A stretch of DNA of 64,000 nt, from sequence record OZ346187.1. One strand, given 5' to 3'. The translations under genes were made by a program, and so were the position numbers. Below the pieces are notes generated by a model, which saw nothing but the letters and a program-made list of their open reading frames with translations, was not told the origin of the DNA and did no database searches. This document shows positions 18,781 through 28,370 of the stretch, one piece after another; positions within the stretch are counted from its first letter, which is position 1, and each line of letters opens with the position of its first letter. Source of the DNA: a phage.

Positions 18781-19092
18781 CTATACCCACGAGGGCTTAT
18801 CAAGGTTGGAGTAGCTGAAAGGTGTCAAAAGGTGACTGTCAAAATCTCTCAAACTATCCAAATCTTTTTCCTCGTCCTGACACCATCTGTGCCTACATTT
18901 GTTGTTGTAGTGCATGGAATGCATAGCGTTCTGCAACTTAACAGGCACAAGTGATTCAGGAGTAGATAGTATTGTTGGGTATGCCAGAACCACCTCAAAC
19001 AGTGGAAACACATCGAAACTAAAGTCTACCTCTGCAGAGGTTGATGGCATGTAGGAGTATTTAGCCGCCTTTGTAGACATAATCCACCTCAC
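18781..19092 (-). CDS. hypothetical protein
   Basis: ORF-track ORF. Confidence 0.45.
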   Translation of the reverse strand: MRWIMSTKAAKYSYMPSTSAEVDFSFDVFPLFEVVLAYPTILSTPESLVPVKLQNAMHSMHYNNKCRHRWCQDEEKDLDSLRDFDSHLLTPFSYSNLDKPSWV

Positions 19093-19415
19093 ACAGGTTT
19101 GATAATACCTTCACCGAATAGCTCTTCGTATCTAATCTTGTCCGGATCCCACTCTTGGATAATTTCGAAGACAATATCCAACCCAGGGATAATCACTTCT
19201 CCAGTGTCAAGTTTGGCAAGAACAAAACCAGAAGGCTGAATGGTTTCCCAGTTGCGCCGATTGGAATAGAAGACCTCGAAAATATCGCCGACCTTTATCT
19301 GTTGATCAAGATGTTCAAGATTCTCTTTCATATAGACGCAGCGGATTTTTCGTGCAGGCCATAGACCACCTGCATCACGTTCATTTAGCTCTTTTACAGT
19401 AATCGGTATACCCAT
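19089..19415 (-). CDS. hypothetical protein
   Basis: ORF, 4-nt overlap with downstream gene. Confidence 0.5.
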   Translation of the reverse strand: MGIPITVKELNERDAGGLWPARKIRCVYMKENLEHLDQQIKVGDIFEVFYSNRRNWETIQPSGFVLAKLDTGEVIIPGLDIVFEIIQEWDPDKIRYEELFGEGIIKPV

Positions 19416-19435
19416 CTCAAATCTCCTTCATAGAT

Positions 19436-19466
19436 AGTAAAAAGAGGGGCCCAAGCCCCCCTCTTT
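19436..19466 (-). terminator. rho-independent terminator (GGGGC-CCAA-GCCCC core stem, T-run on minus strand)
   Basis: GC stem-loop flanked by A-run/T-run between ORFs 19471 and 19415. Confidence 0.55.
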
Positions 19467-19470
19467 GTCA

Positions 19471-19776
19471 TTATTCTACAGAGCGTTTGAACAGAATGTC
19501 TGCCTCAGACATGTGCTCAACCTCTTCTTCGATTTTAGCGCGACGTTTTTCAGCCTCATAGCGAATATCGAACTCGGTAGCCACCAGAGATTTGATGAAT
19601 TTAGGAGAATACAGGTGATCCTGCTTCTCAACGAGAATGATATCCTTAATGGCATCTTTCAGATCTTTAATCTGAAGTTGGAGTTCTACCAGTTCTTCGA
19701 TTGTTTTGCGAAGGCGATCACGCTCTGCAGTGTCAGAAGGAAGAGAGGTGAACAGTTCAACTTTAGATTTAGCCAT
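19471..19776 (-). CDS. hypothetical protein (predicted coiled-coil)
   Basis: ORF with AGGAGA RBS; heptad-like charged pattern. Confidence 0.5.
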   Translation of the reverse strand: MAKSKVELFTSLPSDTAERDRLRKTIEELVELQLQIKDLKDAIKDIILVEKQDHLYSPKFIKSLVATEFDIRYEAEKRRAKIEEEVEHMSEADILFKRSVE

Positions 19777-19804
19777 AGTAAGAGTCTCCTTATGTTGTTT
19801 TAAA

Positions 19805-20056
19805 TTAACGTTCTACAAAAATACCGTTCAGTTCAATAACCAGGAATTTCTGGTCTTCACTATCGTCTCGTGCCAGCACCTCACAGACGTATCGGTCATC
19901 CCCATCATCATCGCAGTAAAATACAAGACTGAGGACTTTATCATGGTAAACCTTCGCAACTACCGCCTCGTAAGTATTGCCGATTGTGAATCCAAGATAA
20001 TCTCCGATGCATTTGACAACAACATGGTCTCCAGCATTTAAGTCAATCTTCGTCAT
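19805..20056 (-). CDS. hypothetical protein
   Basis: ORF-track 19805-20122; internal ATG at 20056 with RBS is the more likely start. Confidence 0.5.
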   Translation of the reverse strand: MTKIDLNAGDHVVVKCIGDYLGFTIGNTYEAVVAKVYHDKVLSLVFYCDDDGDDRYVCEVLARDDSEDQKFLVIELNGIFVER

Positions 20057-20211
20057 TACTGCGCTCCTTGGGTAATAATACTGTATGTAAAACTTTAACC
20101 AGAGATGTGAATAACGCCCCAAAACACACCGATAGCGCTAAAACAGACAAGGCCATCATTAAAGCTTCAGTAAAATCAGTCATTCCTCACCTCTTGTTAG
20201 TCACTATACTA

Positions 20212-20475
20212 TCATTTATCCTTGTCGTCAAGAACTTTTTTAAATCTTTCAGGGATATCTCCCGTTCTTAGATAGTTCATGACCTCGCAAGGTTCCCACT
20301 TGAATTTCTTACAGAGCAGGGCGGCTGAGATTGTTTCATTGCGAAAAGAAAGGATATTAATATCCCACTCTGAGAACCCCAACTTCCGAAGGGTAGCTAC
20401 AGAAATCCTCACCGCAACCCAGCAGCAAAAACATGCAACAAACGCCACTGCTACAACCCACATCAGGATGTTCAT
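20212..20475 (-). CDS. putative membrane protein
   Basis: N-terminal hydrophobic helix MNILMWVVAVAFVACFCCWVAV. Confidence 0.45.
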   Translation of the reverse strand: MNILMWVVAVAFVACFCCWVAVRISVATLRKLGFSEWDINILSFRNETISAALLCKKFKWEPCEVMNYLRTGDIPERFKKVLDDKDK

Positions 20476-20564
20476 ATAAGCACCTTACTGAAATACAAGA
20501 CACAGTGTTAAGGTTACTGACCAGCAAATAATTAACAGTGCCGTTGCAACCTTGGCAAGATTTA

Positions 20565-20852
20565 TCATAGTGCCTCTAAGATTTCATATCCTTCGGGTCG
20601 GAATACAAGCCACTCCGTGGCTCCGTTTGGTCGATACGCTTTATACAGAACAACCTGGTCTCGGCACATGCACATGGCTACATAGTTTTCATCCACACCT
20701 GCAGCCTGCATTGCATCTTCTTCTCCGGCAACTGCTTTGCTTACAACTTCCTTGGTAGGCAGGTGTGCGATCAGCTCGTCACCATCATTAATTCCAAAAT
20801 GGCTGAGTTCGCCGTTGGTATCTTTAATCTTAATCTTAACCAGATCTTTCAT
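20565..20852 (-). CDS. hypothetical small acidic protein
   Basis: ORF-track ORF; MK-start, acidic composition. Confidence 0.5.
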   Translation of the reverse strand: MKDLVKIKIKDTNGELSHFGINDGDELIAHLPTKEVVSKAVAGEEDAMQAAGVDENYVAMCMCRDQVVLYKAYRPNGATEWLVFRPEGYEILEAL

Positions 20853-21181
20853 TAGTCTTCCCCCAGGTTCAAAGGTCCTAAGATTTCATATGCCAGATTA
20901 GAAGTTACAAGAGGGTCTTCTGCGTCTTTAGTATTATACCACCCGTGAATAACCAGAGTCCCACTTTGTTTCATGTCCAACTGGAACTCTTCTGCCGTTT
21001 CCTCATCCAGCTCCAAGATTTCCATAAGGTATTTGATGTTAGGGAGGTATGCAGCTGTTACAGTCCCCTCTACCAGACCTTCAGGCCAACCTACATCTGG
21101 ATGACAAGTAGGAACCAGATTGGTCAGCTTAATGGTGTACGCTTTTTCTGCACGAGCCTTCAGTAACGGGTCAATCTTCAT
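20852..21181 (-). CDS. hypothetical protein
   Basis: ORF-track ORF. Confidence 0.5.
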   Translation of the reverse strand: MKIDPLLKARAEKAYTIKLTNLVPTCHPDVGWPEGLVEGTVTAAYLPNIKYLMEILELDEETAEEFQLDMKQSGTLVIHGWYNTKDAEDPLVTSNLAYEILGPLNLGED

Positions 21182-21531
21182 TATTCGTCCTCCTCTTCGG
21201 TACCTGCTTCCAGTAATAAGTTAAGAATATCTTCTGCACAAGGCTCATAGAACTCTTGGCCTTCATTATCGATGATTTTGTAGTCATCTCCGCGAATAAT
21301 CAGAGGATCACTCTCAAAATTATCGAGACCTTTAACAACGACAACACGATCGATTGCCATCATTGTAAGAACTTTATCGACATCTTCCTCTGCTACACCA
21401 TACTGCAGCAGAATGTCTTTGGTAGGAGGAACAGCATCCACCACAACACCGTTACCAAAACCTTCCGGTAAGTTAGCTAAAATATCTTCCGGAACCACAC
21501 TAACATCAAAACCAGTAATTTCTACTTTCAT
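21181..21531 (-). CDS. hypothetical acidic protein
   Basis: ORF; starts MKVEITG, acidic C-terminus. Confidence 0.5.
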   Translation of the reverse strand: MKVEITGFDVSVVPEDILANLPEGFGNGVVVDAVPPTKDILLQYGVAEEDVDKVLTMMAIDRVVVVKGLDNFESDPLIIRGDDYKIIDNEGQEFYEPCAEDILNLLLEAGTEEEDE

Positions 21532-21792
21532 TTACAGCACCTCTTCGTCAACTACTTCATAAAAATGGCCTGGGATTGCAATAGCGTTCTCACCTTCACC
21601 TACAAACACAGTTCCGTCAAGAATCAACATCATAAGAGTTTCTGGAATATCCTCTTCCTGAACGTTGCCAAAACCTTTAATCAGCTCGTAGGTTGGAAGA
21701 TTTACCTCTAAGATGTCACCATCTTTAGAGCGGAAATCAACACCATCCTGAATCTCTGCCATTTCAAGGTTTTTCAGTTTAATCTTCATCAA
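21532..21792 (-). CDS. hypothetical small acidic protein
   Basis: ORF; starts MMKIKLK, ends VVDEEVL. Confidence 0.5.
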   Translation of the reverse strand: MMKIKLKNLEMAEIQDGVDFRSKDGDILEVNLPTYELIKGFGNVQEEDIPETLMMLILDGTVFVGEGENAIAIPGHFYEVVDEEVL

Positions 21793-21868
21793 TCAGTCTC
21801 CCGTCTTGTTAAGATGAAGGTATTATTTCACACAGGGTTGGCGTTGTCAACACCTGTGTGCAAGAAAA

Positions 21869-22264
21869 TTACTGAAACAGTGCGGATAAATTACCTTCTG
21901 GTGGGAACTTATCTGCCAAAAACGGTGTTAGCACAGTAGCCTTCTGAAGATCTGGGGTCCACTCGTTGTTCAGAACATCCCAGTAGTACGCAATGTTGCT
22001 GTGTGGGTGCCGCATTACGAACTTTTTCCCTTCGTAGTCATCTGAAACCTCTACAGAAGAAATAACAACAGAATCTTCAAGGGTTTCTTCATAGAAAGAT
22101 CCACCTTCAAATTTCCAACGAGATGCAAGAGCTCCTGCCTTGAACGCTGCAGATAACGGACTGTCTGCAAGAACATACATTTCTTGCACTCTGTCGCTGC
22201 GATCTTTGCTTCTTACGTTGTATACAGTATCTGAGCTATACTCAACACGGTATAGGCTTACCAT
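21869..22264 (-). CDS. hypothetical protein (paralog of 24071-24469)
   Basis: Shares HP.S...YW...W.P pattern with ORF 24071-24469. Confidence 0.5.
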   Translation of the reverse strand: MVSLYRVEYSSDTVYNVRSKDRSDRVQEMYVLADSPLSAAFKAGALASRWKFEGGSFYEETLEDSVVISSVEVSDDYEGKKFVMRHPHSNIAYYWDVLNNEWTPDLQKATVLTPFLADKFPPEGNLSALFQ

Positions 22265-22623
22265 TACCGCACCTCCTCAATAACTTCCACATCTGAGCCC
22301 ACCACAAATGCAAAAGGACAGGTTTCATGAAAGACATCCGGATCGCCGCCAAGCTTGCTAACAATCTCTCCACCACTAATAAACACAAGCTCACCGATAT
22401 TCATCAGATTGCTGAAATAGTACCCATAATGATTAAAGAATGCAGCAGGGTCAGGTAGACTAGTAGCCTCAAGCACTACATCAGTTGAGGTTACTTTCTT
22501 ATCATAACCTCTCGCCTTTTGAGATGCAAGATCTGCAGAATCCTCAGGCGACCGGAGATGCACAGGAATTGTTTCACCAATAAAGCGTACTTTCATATTA
22601 TCACCCAACAACCATAGCTTCAA
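22264..22623 (-). CDS. hypothetical protein
   Basis: ORF-track ORF. Confidence 0.5.
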   Translation of the reverse strand: MKLWLLGDNMKVRFIGETIPVHLRSPEDSADLASQKARGYDKKVTSTDVVLEATSLPDPAAFFNHYGYYFSNLMNIGELVFISGGEIVSKLGGDPDVFHETCPFAFVVGSDVEVIEEVR

Positions 22624-22864
22624 AAGGGGTCATGAACGAATAAACGGCATCATCATCTGCTTCAGGGAATGCTCCCAAAGACTTCATGTCTGAGCCCTTG
22701 ACAAATACAAGGTTTTGATCAAAAGCTTCTTGAGGATCAATCCGATACATATTTCGTAGAATATCGCCTACCTCCTCATCAAGAGGTGAGTATGCTGTGC
22801 ACGTTTTTCCGATCAAGCTTTGAGAATCAGGGTATCCACCTGAAGTTTTAAAATAAACAATCAT
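22601..22864 (-). CDS. hypothetical protein
   Basis: ORF-track ORF. Confidence 0.45.
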   Translation of the reverse strand: MIVYFKTSGGYPDSQSLIGKTCTAYSPLDEEVGDILRNMYRIDPQEAFDQNLVFVKGSDMKSLGAFPEADDDAVYSFMTPFEAMVVG

Positions 22865-22955
22865 ATAGTATCACCTCTGGTAAGAGATTGGGATTCCTTT
22901 CCCACAAATAATTACAAACCTTCCTTATCGAGGAAGTATGCTAATCCAAGCAGGA

Positions 22956-23225
22956 TTATTCCTCTACAATCTCATACACATCCGGAGTTACAATCAACTC
23001 TTCTCCGTTACCCGGTGCAACAAACACCACCATGCCTTCAGGTGTGTGCTTTTTAGCCATCTCGATAACATCTTCTCGCAGAGCTGGCTCCATCAGATCA
23101 AAACCTTCACCCAGGGCATCACGAACCACCTTCATATAGTCAACTGGTTGTGCTTCGACAATCATACCTTCAACCAGTCCACAGTTTTTGTCTGCCAGCT
23201 CAGTTTTGAATAATTTAATTTTCAT
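22956..23225 (-). CDS. hypothetical small acidic protein
   Basis: Starts MKIKLFK, ends EIVEE. Confidence 0.5.
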   Translation of the reverse strand: MKIKLFKTELADKNCGLVEGMIVEAQPVDYMKVVRDALGEGFDLMEPALREDVIEMAKKHTPEGMVVFVAPGNGEELIVTPDVYEIVEE

Positions 23226-23362
23226 TTAGAGGTCTCCTCAATTATTTGATATTAATAGCCGTAACCTAACACATTAACTACAACTGCGATTGCAAACATA
23301 ATTTCAAAGCATGCAATCTCTACATTTGGAACTAATTTCTTGATCACACCCATTGTAGCACC

Positions 23363-23680
23363 TCATTCTCTAAAGTCAATCTTTACTTTGCCTTTCCCCT
23401 TACCTTTCTTTCCACCGCATTTAGCCAGTTGACGTGCTGCAACATCTACCATACGGTCAGTTGCCTCGTAAGCATCACTGCCTTTAGCTTTGGCAATAAC
23501 TTCTTTTCCAGAATTGTCAAAAATGAACGCCATAACTTCCTGGTGATCATTTTCAACTTTTACACTCACACGTGCATAGTTGGCAGAGGGATGCAAACGC
23601 TCCAGCTTAGACATTTTGTGGGAAATGAAAGACACCATACCTTCAGTGATTTCTACGTTGCCAGTGATTTCAATTTGCAT
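23363..23680 (-). CDS. hpf: ribosome hibernation promoting factor / RaiA-family protein
   Basis: MQIEITGNVEITEGM...VSVKVEND...AKAKGSDAYEATDRMVDVAARQLAK aligns by eye with E. coli HPF (MQLNITGNNVEITEAL...ASAEGQDMYAAIDGLIDKLARQL). Confidence 0.7.
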   Translation of the reverse strand: MQIEITGNVEITEGMVSFISHKMSKLERLHPSANYARVSVKVENDHQEVMAFIFDNSGKEVIAKAKGSDAYEATDRMVDVAARQLAKCGGKKGKGKGKVKIDFRE

Positions 23681-23762
23681 AACGTGTTCCTTTTAAAGAA
23701 GAGGGAACCAAACCCTCTTTGAAAACAATGATACTAAATCTGAAGCGTTGTGTCAACAGTTT

Positions 23763-24053
23763 TTACAGATTGTTGTCGATAGTTTTTAAAATATCCACAG
23801 CAAGATCTGCCATTTTTCGAACATACTCTGCAAACTCAACAGGATCCTTGATCAAAGAATTCACAGGGTCGTACCCTAGAGCGTTCAAAATGGCTGCAGC
23901 ATCTACAACCTTCTCATCATTTGCGAAGATCTCTCCATCAAACTTGTAGGTCCATTTTGAGTCAATCTTGGCAGGGAATGATTGGTCAACGCTTGTTACA
24001 CCATCCTTTTTAAACGCTCCGGTGTTATCAGTGTCTAGAACTAAATCCATCAT
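23763..24053 (-). CDS. hypothetical protein
   Basis: ORF-track ORF. Confidence 0.5.
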   Translation of the reverse strand: MMDLVLDTDNTGAFKKDGVTSVDQSFPAKIDSKWTYKFDGEIFANDEKVVDAAAILNALGYDPVNSLIKDPVEFAEYVRKMADLAVDILKTIDNNL

Positions 24054-24070
24054 GTTAGTACCTCACCGTT

Positions 24071-24469
24071 TCAGTTTAGCTTTTCTTCAACAACCCCATA
24101 GCTCGGGACAGAGTCAAGAGCTTTCTGGTTTAAAAGTGGTGTAGCAGAATCTGCAAACGGTGTCCAAGTTTTTGTTCTGGCATTCCAGTAATGCTTCACT
24201 CTGGAATCTGGATGCACTATAACAAAAACTTTTTCACTTGTCAACACATTAATTTCTTCTACACCCTTGCTGATAATTTCTCCGTCATAGCCACCAGTCT
24301 GGTATCCTTCGTACCAGGTTCTTGCATATGCATAGCCAGCCTGCCAGCATGCAGCCTCCTCCGAGGTGGAGACTACGTAGAAGTCTTTCTCAAATTCTGG
24401 GATACGCCCTTGCTTTACGCTCCAAGCTCCGCGAATTTTCATTGTAACTTTGAACAGTTTATTTTTCAC
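24071..24469 (-). CDS. hypothetical protein (paralog of 21869-22264)
   Basis: Shared motif pattern with ORF 21869-22264. Confidence 0.5.
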   Translation of the reverse strand: MKNKLFKVTMKIRGAWSVKQGRIPEFEKDFYVVSTSEEAACWQAGYAYARTWYEGYQTGGYDGEIISKGVEEINVLTSEKVFVIVHPDSRVKHYWNARTKTWTPFADSATPLLNQKALDSVPSYGVVEEKLN

Positions 24470-24481
24470 AACGGTTACCCA

Positions 24482-24736
24482 TCACAGCTCTACAATCTCT
24501 GCATCTGACCCTGCCCCAAAGGCATAATAGGATTCTTCCCCGAAATAATATTCCGGTGCACCAGCAGCGATCAGGTCTGATCCCAAGATAAACACCACGT
24601 TGTGGCCTACATAACTGTGATGTTGCCGCACAGGATCATCCCACGGCAACCCTTCAAAGTATACCGCAGGAACGACCTTTCCCTTCAGGAAGGATTGTCC
24701 CAAGTAGACGTTAGAATCAAGAATTTTAACCTTCAT
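24482..24736 (-). CDS. small acidic protein, MKVK-family paralog
   Basis: MKVKILD start, GSDLIAAGA motif, acidic C-terminus EIVEL. Confidence 0.5.
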   Translation of the reverse strand: MKVKILDSNVYLGQSFLKGKVVPAVYFEGLPWDDPVRQHHSYVGHNVVFILGSDLIAAGAPEYYFGEESYYAFGAGSDAEIVEL

Positions 24737-24953
24737 TCTCGTCCTCCACTATCTCTACATCCTCACCAAGGGCAAAGTTGTAGGTCCACTGGCTGTCAAA
24801 GCAGTCCTGAGATGCACCAGCGGAAATAAGATCTGCACCTTTTATTTTTAAAAGGTCAGGATAATCTTCGTTAGGGATAGCGGTAAACACTTTCCCCACT
24901 AAGGGCTCCTGACCAATATAGAAGCTTGAATCTAAAACTTTAACTTTCATCAA
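24726..24953 (-). CDS. small acidic protein, MKVK-family paralog
   Basis: MMKVKVLD start, KGADLISAGA motif, EIVEDENEG tail. Confidence 0.5.
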   Translation of the reverse strand: MMKVKVLDSSFYIGQEPLVGKVFTAIPNEDYPDLLKIKGADLISAGASQDCFDSQWTYNFALGEDVEIVEDENEG

Positions 24954-25237
24954 CGGTCTCCCTCAGGCGGTTGTGGGACGTAAACACTGTTACGAATATC
25001 GTCAGCAGTGTAGTAATAAGTGGTTCCAACCCTATCTCGGGCTGCAATGTACTCTGCTATACCAATAAGTGCCATTGATTTGGTGGCGTATCTTCCCCAC
25101 TCGTTAGCTCCCCAGTAGAATTTAGACCAGTAGGGAATAATACCGAACAAATATACCTTTTGACGAACTTCCCAGTAAGTGCCTTTTCCGACAAGTTTAA
25201 ACTCTACTTCACTACTGTTAATCTTTTTCATTATCAA
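24950..25237 (-). CDS. hypothetical protein
   Basis: ORF-track ORF. Confidence 0.5.
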   Translation of the reverse strand: MIMKKINSSEVEFKLVGKGTYWEVRQKVYLFGIIPYWSKFYWGANEWGRYATKSMALIGIAEYIAARDRVGTTYYYTADDIRNSVYVPQPPEGDR

Positions 25238-25530
25238 TCTCCCTCTACCGTGGTCGGATTGTCAGTAAGAAATTGAGCATTGGCTGGAGGCACGCCTGAC
25301 ATTTTCCACACAACCATAAGTTTGTAACCAGGAACTCTATTAAGTGCAGATCGAGTAGAGTTTGTGCACGTATACTTTCGCTTTCCAAACCCGTTCTCCA
25401 TCATAATCCAGTACCCAGTATCTTTGTCACCAGGTATCGGTAGACCACCTTCATCAACCCACTGAATGGACCACGGCACGATGGCTACAGCTTTATATTT
25501 AAACTTTTTAAACCACTCAAAAAGTTTCAT
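25234..25530 (-). CDS. hypothetical protein
   Basis: ORF-track ORF. Confidence 0.5.
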   Translation of the reverse strand: MKLFEWFKKFKYKAVAIVPWSIQWVDEGGLPIPGDKDTGYWIMMENGFGKRKYTCTNSTRSALNRVPGYKLMVVWKMSGVPPANAQFLTDNPTTVEGD

Positions 25531-25625
25531 AATTCAGCCTCGCATAGACATAATCACTATAAACAGGCAAACAATGAATCCGAATGCCACGCCACCCATA
25601 AACGTTAATATTGATGCAATCATAG

Positions 25626-25811
25626 TCAATCAGCCTCGCTTGGCAACTCTTCTACCTTAACATGCCGAAAAGTGTTACCGTAATGGTTGATCCATGACAT
25701 CAGCTCGCTTTCTTGCTCTTCCTCTGGGATGAACTCTCGAATGCTGACAAGTTTTAAGAAAACCCAATCACAATCTGCACCCATTCTACCAGACAGGCAA
25801 TAGTGCTTCAT
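25626..25811 (-). CDS. hypothetical protein
   Basis: ORF-track ORF. Confidence 0.4.
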   Translation of the reverse strand: MKHYCLSGRMGADCDWVFLKLVSIREFIPEEEQESELMSWINHYGNTFRHVKVEELPSEAD

Positions 25812-25829
25812 AAAACCCCCCCACCTGGT

Positions 25830-26024
25830 TTAGAATATTGCTTCTTCCATTGCACCTGAGAGCAACAAAGAGGTGATCTGGCTAACATTCATCTCAGACT
25901 CTACTTCCTCCCCTTTGAAAGGTTCGCGGCAGAATAGGACTGTTTCAGGACTTTTACTTCGAACAATATAATACAAATCATTCAATGTGTTGTAGTAATA
26001 AGTGTTAAAACGTAAGTTTTTCAT
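25830..26024 (-). CDS. hypothetical protein
   Basis: ORF-track ORF. Confidence 0.4.
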   Translation of the reverse strand: MKNLRFNTYYYNTLNDLYYIVRSKSPETVLFCREPFKGEEVESEMNVSQITSLLLSGAMEEAIF

Positions 26025-26308
26025 TTTCTAGTCCCCTTCTTAGATTTTTGTGTAGAAACGCTTTCTGCAATACGAGACAAACGTTCTTCTGAAGCCTTGC
26101 CTATTCCAGGTTTTTTGAGTGGGTTATCTTTATGACCACAATCCAATTGGATATTGGATACCTCTCCAACCTTGTAAGTCAATTCTAGCAAAAGGTTGTC
26201 GTCCTTGTCAAATGTTCTTACGATAAATTTTTTATCGTTCTCCTGAACTTCGTATCGGGTACCCGCAGTATACAACATGGTGCCATCCGCATAGGATATC
26301 CAGATCAT
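26021..26308 (-). CDS. hypothetical protein
   Basis: ORF-track ORF. Confidence 0.45.
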   Translation of the reverse strand: MIWISYADGTMLYTAGTRYEVQENDKKFIVRTFDKDDNLLLELTYKVGEVSNIQLDCGHKDNPLKKPGIGKASEERLSRIAESVSTQKSKKGTRK

Positions 26309-26652
26309 TGAACCTCCTTCTGCTGCAACAGCATTAACTCTTTGTTGGAGATTTTTACTGCTGTTTTTATTGTTCCATCTTCACGAAACCACGACCAGAA
26401 CTCTACAGTGTCCCCACTGTCAAGCAAAGCATACCCGTGGTAGAAGTCTTTGTCCTTAGACAGTTTCTCATCTATGTCTGCATCGACACATTCGTGATCC
26501 ATAGCATTTTGCCTGAATGCATCGGTTATACCAATGCACGCCTTGCTCTCAAGACTGGTATATCCGATATCTTTTAATTCAGTTTCCCAAGTCCAGTACC
26601 CTATAAAAGCTAAAACAGCTACCCACATTAATAACGTTTTAATCTTTGGCAT
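26305..26652 (-). CDS. putative secreted or membrane-anchored protein
   Basis: N-terminal hydrophobic segment LLMWVAVLAFIGYWTW. Confidence 0.45.
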   Translation of the reverse strand: MPKIKTLLMWVAVLAFIGYWTWETELKDIGYTSLESKACIGITDAFRQNAMDHECVDADIDEKLSKDKDFYHGYALLDSGDTVEFWSWFREDGTIKTAVKISNKELMLLQQKEVQ

Positions 26653-26714
26653 TCTCTCTACCTCTTTCTTAGTTTATTTCACTATGGCACATCCTTTGTG
26701 CCATATCTCAACCA

Positions 26715-27176
26715 CTACTTAAATAGTAGTCCAAAATAGTGCAAAATTAACAGAAGTTGAACTACACCTAGTGCAACGGCGAGTATGTTAATCTTAGAAT
26801 CGAAAAACTTCTTAACTTTTACTCTAAAAGGTTCCTTAATGTCCTTTACGATCCTATTTATAGATGATTTCATATCCCTGATTACCATCCTAAACATTAG
26901 AGACGGATCTTCCTTCTCTGTAATAGAATCGAAAACATACTCTCTTCGGTCATAAGGACCTCCAGATCTGCGTATTAACCTCTCCACAGAGACCTCGTAC
27001 GACACACCTGTAACGTAATCATCTATGATAAGTAGTGACGGGTCTTTATCGTCCAAGGGTATTAAAGTTATCTTTCCAGATTTTGTTAAAATTTCTCCTT
27101 TTTCAAGCAAGGTGTACCAATGCTCTCTACCAAGATTGTTGAGGCACGTTTTTACATATTTAACAAACATCGTCAC
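26715..27176 (-). CDS. putative C-terminally membrane-anchored protein
   Basis: C-terminal hydrophobic helix ILAVALGVVQLLLILHYFGLLF. Confidence 0.45.
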   Translation of the reverse strand: MTMFVKYVKTCLNNLGREHWYTLLEKGEILTKSGKITLIPLDDKDPSLLIIDDYVTGVSYEVSVERLIRRSGGPYDRREYVFDSITEKEDPSLMFRMVIRDMKSSINRIVKDIKEPFRVKVKKFFDSKINILAVALGVVQLLLILHYFGLLFK

Positions 27177-27376
27177 CCCTCATAGCACGTCTGATATAAC
27201 CACTCTATGAAATCTTGATACCATTCGCCCTCTGAGCGCTCCGTAGGCCAATAATCTTCACCCTCTCGTGCATTAAAATCTGAGTATTCAACTTTCCACT
27301 CCTTTACCAGCTCGTGGAGAAGGTTTTCAGCCTGCTCTAAAGATTTATTTTTTGCCATTGCTGTCTCCTTTTTCAA
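27173..27376 (-). CDS. hypothetical protein
   Basis: ORF-track ORF. Confidence 0.4.
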   Translation of the reverse strand: MKKETAMAKNKSLEQAENLLHELVKEWKVEYSDFNAREGEDYWPTERSEGEWYQDFIEWLYQTCYEG

Positions 27377-27577
27377 GATAGTTATACATCAGAACTGCAC
27401 CACCTAAGATGGCTACCAGTAACAATATCCCAGATAGCATCTCAATAAACATGGCTTGAAACACTGGAAGGTCTCCCTAAATTAACGCACCATTTTAAAT
27501 ACATGCTCTTTTCCCATAAAGGTGCCTGGCTAAGATCTGCGTAGAACGCAATCTCTTTAAGAACAGTATAGATAGTT

Positions 27578-27805
27578 TTAGGTGCGGTCTCCATCCCTAC
27601 TCTCCTTCCTGATATTCTTGTAGTAATCAACTAGGCACATTATTACGATGAAGATAACAACAGGCCAAAAAGGTGCAGCAGTGATGATGGTGATAAAATC
27701 ATCAAACTTCACCCTTCGTCTGGACACGATGCATACACCTGTCAAGAATACCGCTGTTATAACGGACATTACCAGGTAACCTATTAGCACAACATTTATA
27801 CTCAT
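27578..27805 (-). CDS. putative small membrane protein
   Basis: ORF-track 27578-27895; internal ATG at 27805 gives a protein with two hydrophobic helices. Confidence 0.4.
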   Translation of the reverse strand: MSINVVLIGYLVMSVITAVFLTGVCIVSRRRVKFDDFITIITAAPFWPVVIFIVIMCLVDYYKNIRKESRDGDRT

Positions 27806-27836
27806 TGGTCCTCCCCTTTGTAGGTTAAATTGTATA

Positions 27837-28370
27837 CTACAAATGGTCGCTGAGGGTGTCAAGAAAATTATCCCGTTCTTTCTCAGAGTTTTCATGTGTG
27901 TAGCTGAAAAACATATCGAGAATAACCTTATTGATATATTCCAGCTCCTCTGTGTTCAGATGCTTAGCAGGATCTACAATGACATCCCAAATATCATACA
28001 GACCACACTCATGATACCCATAACGCCACTCAATTGTCAAGCTGAGCGGCAAATCTTTACCGTCACAAACAACCTTCCATCTACATATGTTGGTATCTGG
28101 TCGTACCTGTGCACGGTACACCTGTACAAAATCCAATTTGAATTTGAGGTACTCGTCATACAATTTAAGCACAAAGCTCTCGATTTGTGGAGACACTTTT
28201 GCAGCAAACTGTGCGTATTTGTACTTGCACTGGATGATCTTTCTGCGTTTTGCAGTTAAATTTTTTGCCGCCAGTTGTTCTTCAGTGTATCTCCACCTAC
28301 GATCAACAAACGCAACAGGGTCTTTGTCCCCATAGAGGTCTTCCCAGTTAATCAGAAGCATACCTGTCAC
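27837..28370 (-). CDS. hypothetical protein
   Basis: ORF-track ORF. Confidence 0.5.
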   Translation of the reverse strand: MTGMLLINWEDLYGDKDPVAFVDRRWRYTEEQLAAKNLTAKRRKIIQCKYKYAQFAAKVSPQIESFVLKLYDEYLKFKLDFVQVYRAQVRPDTNICRWKVVCDGKDLPLSLTIEWRYGYHECGLYDIWDVIVDPAKHLNTEELEYINKVILDMFFSYTHENSEKERDNFLDTLSDHL

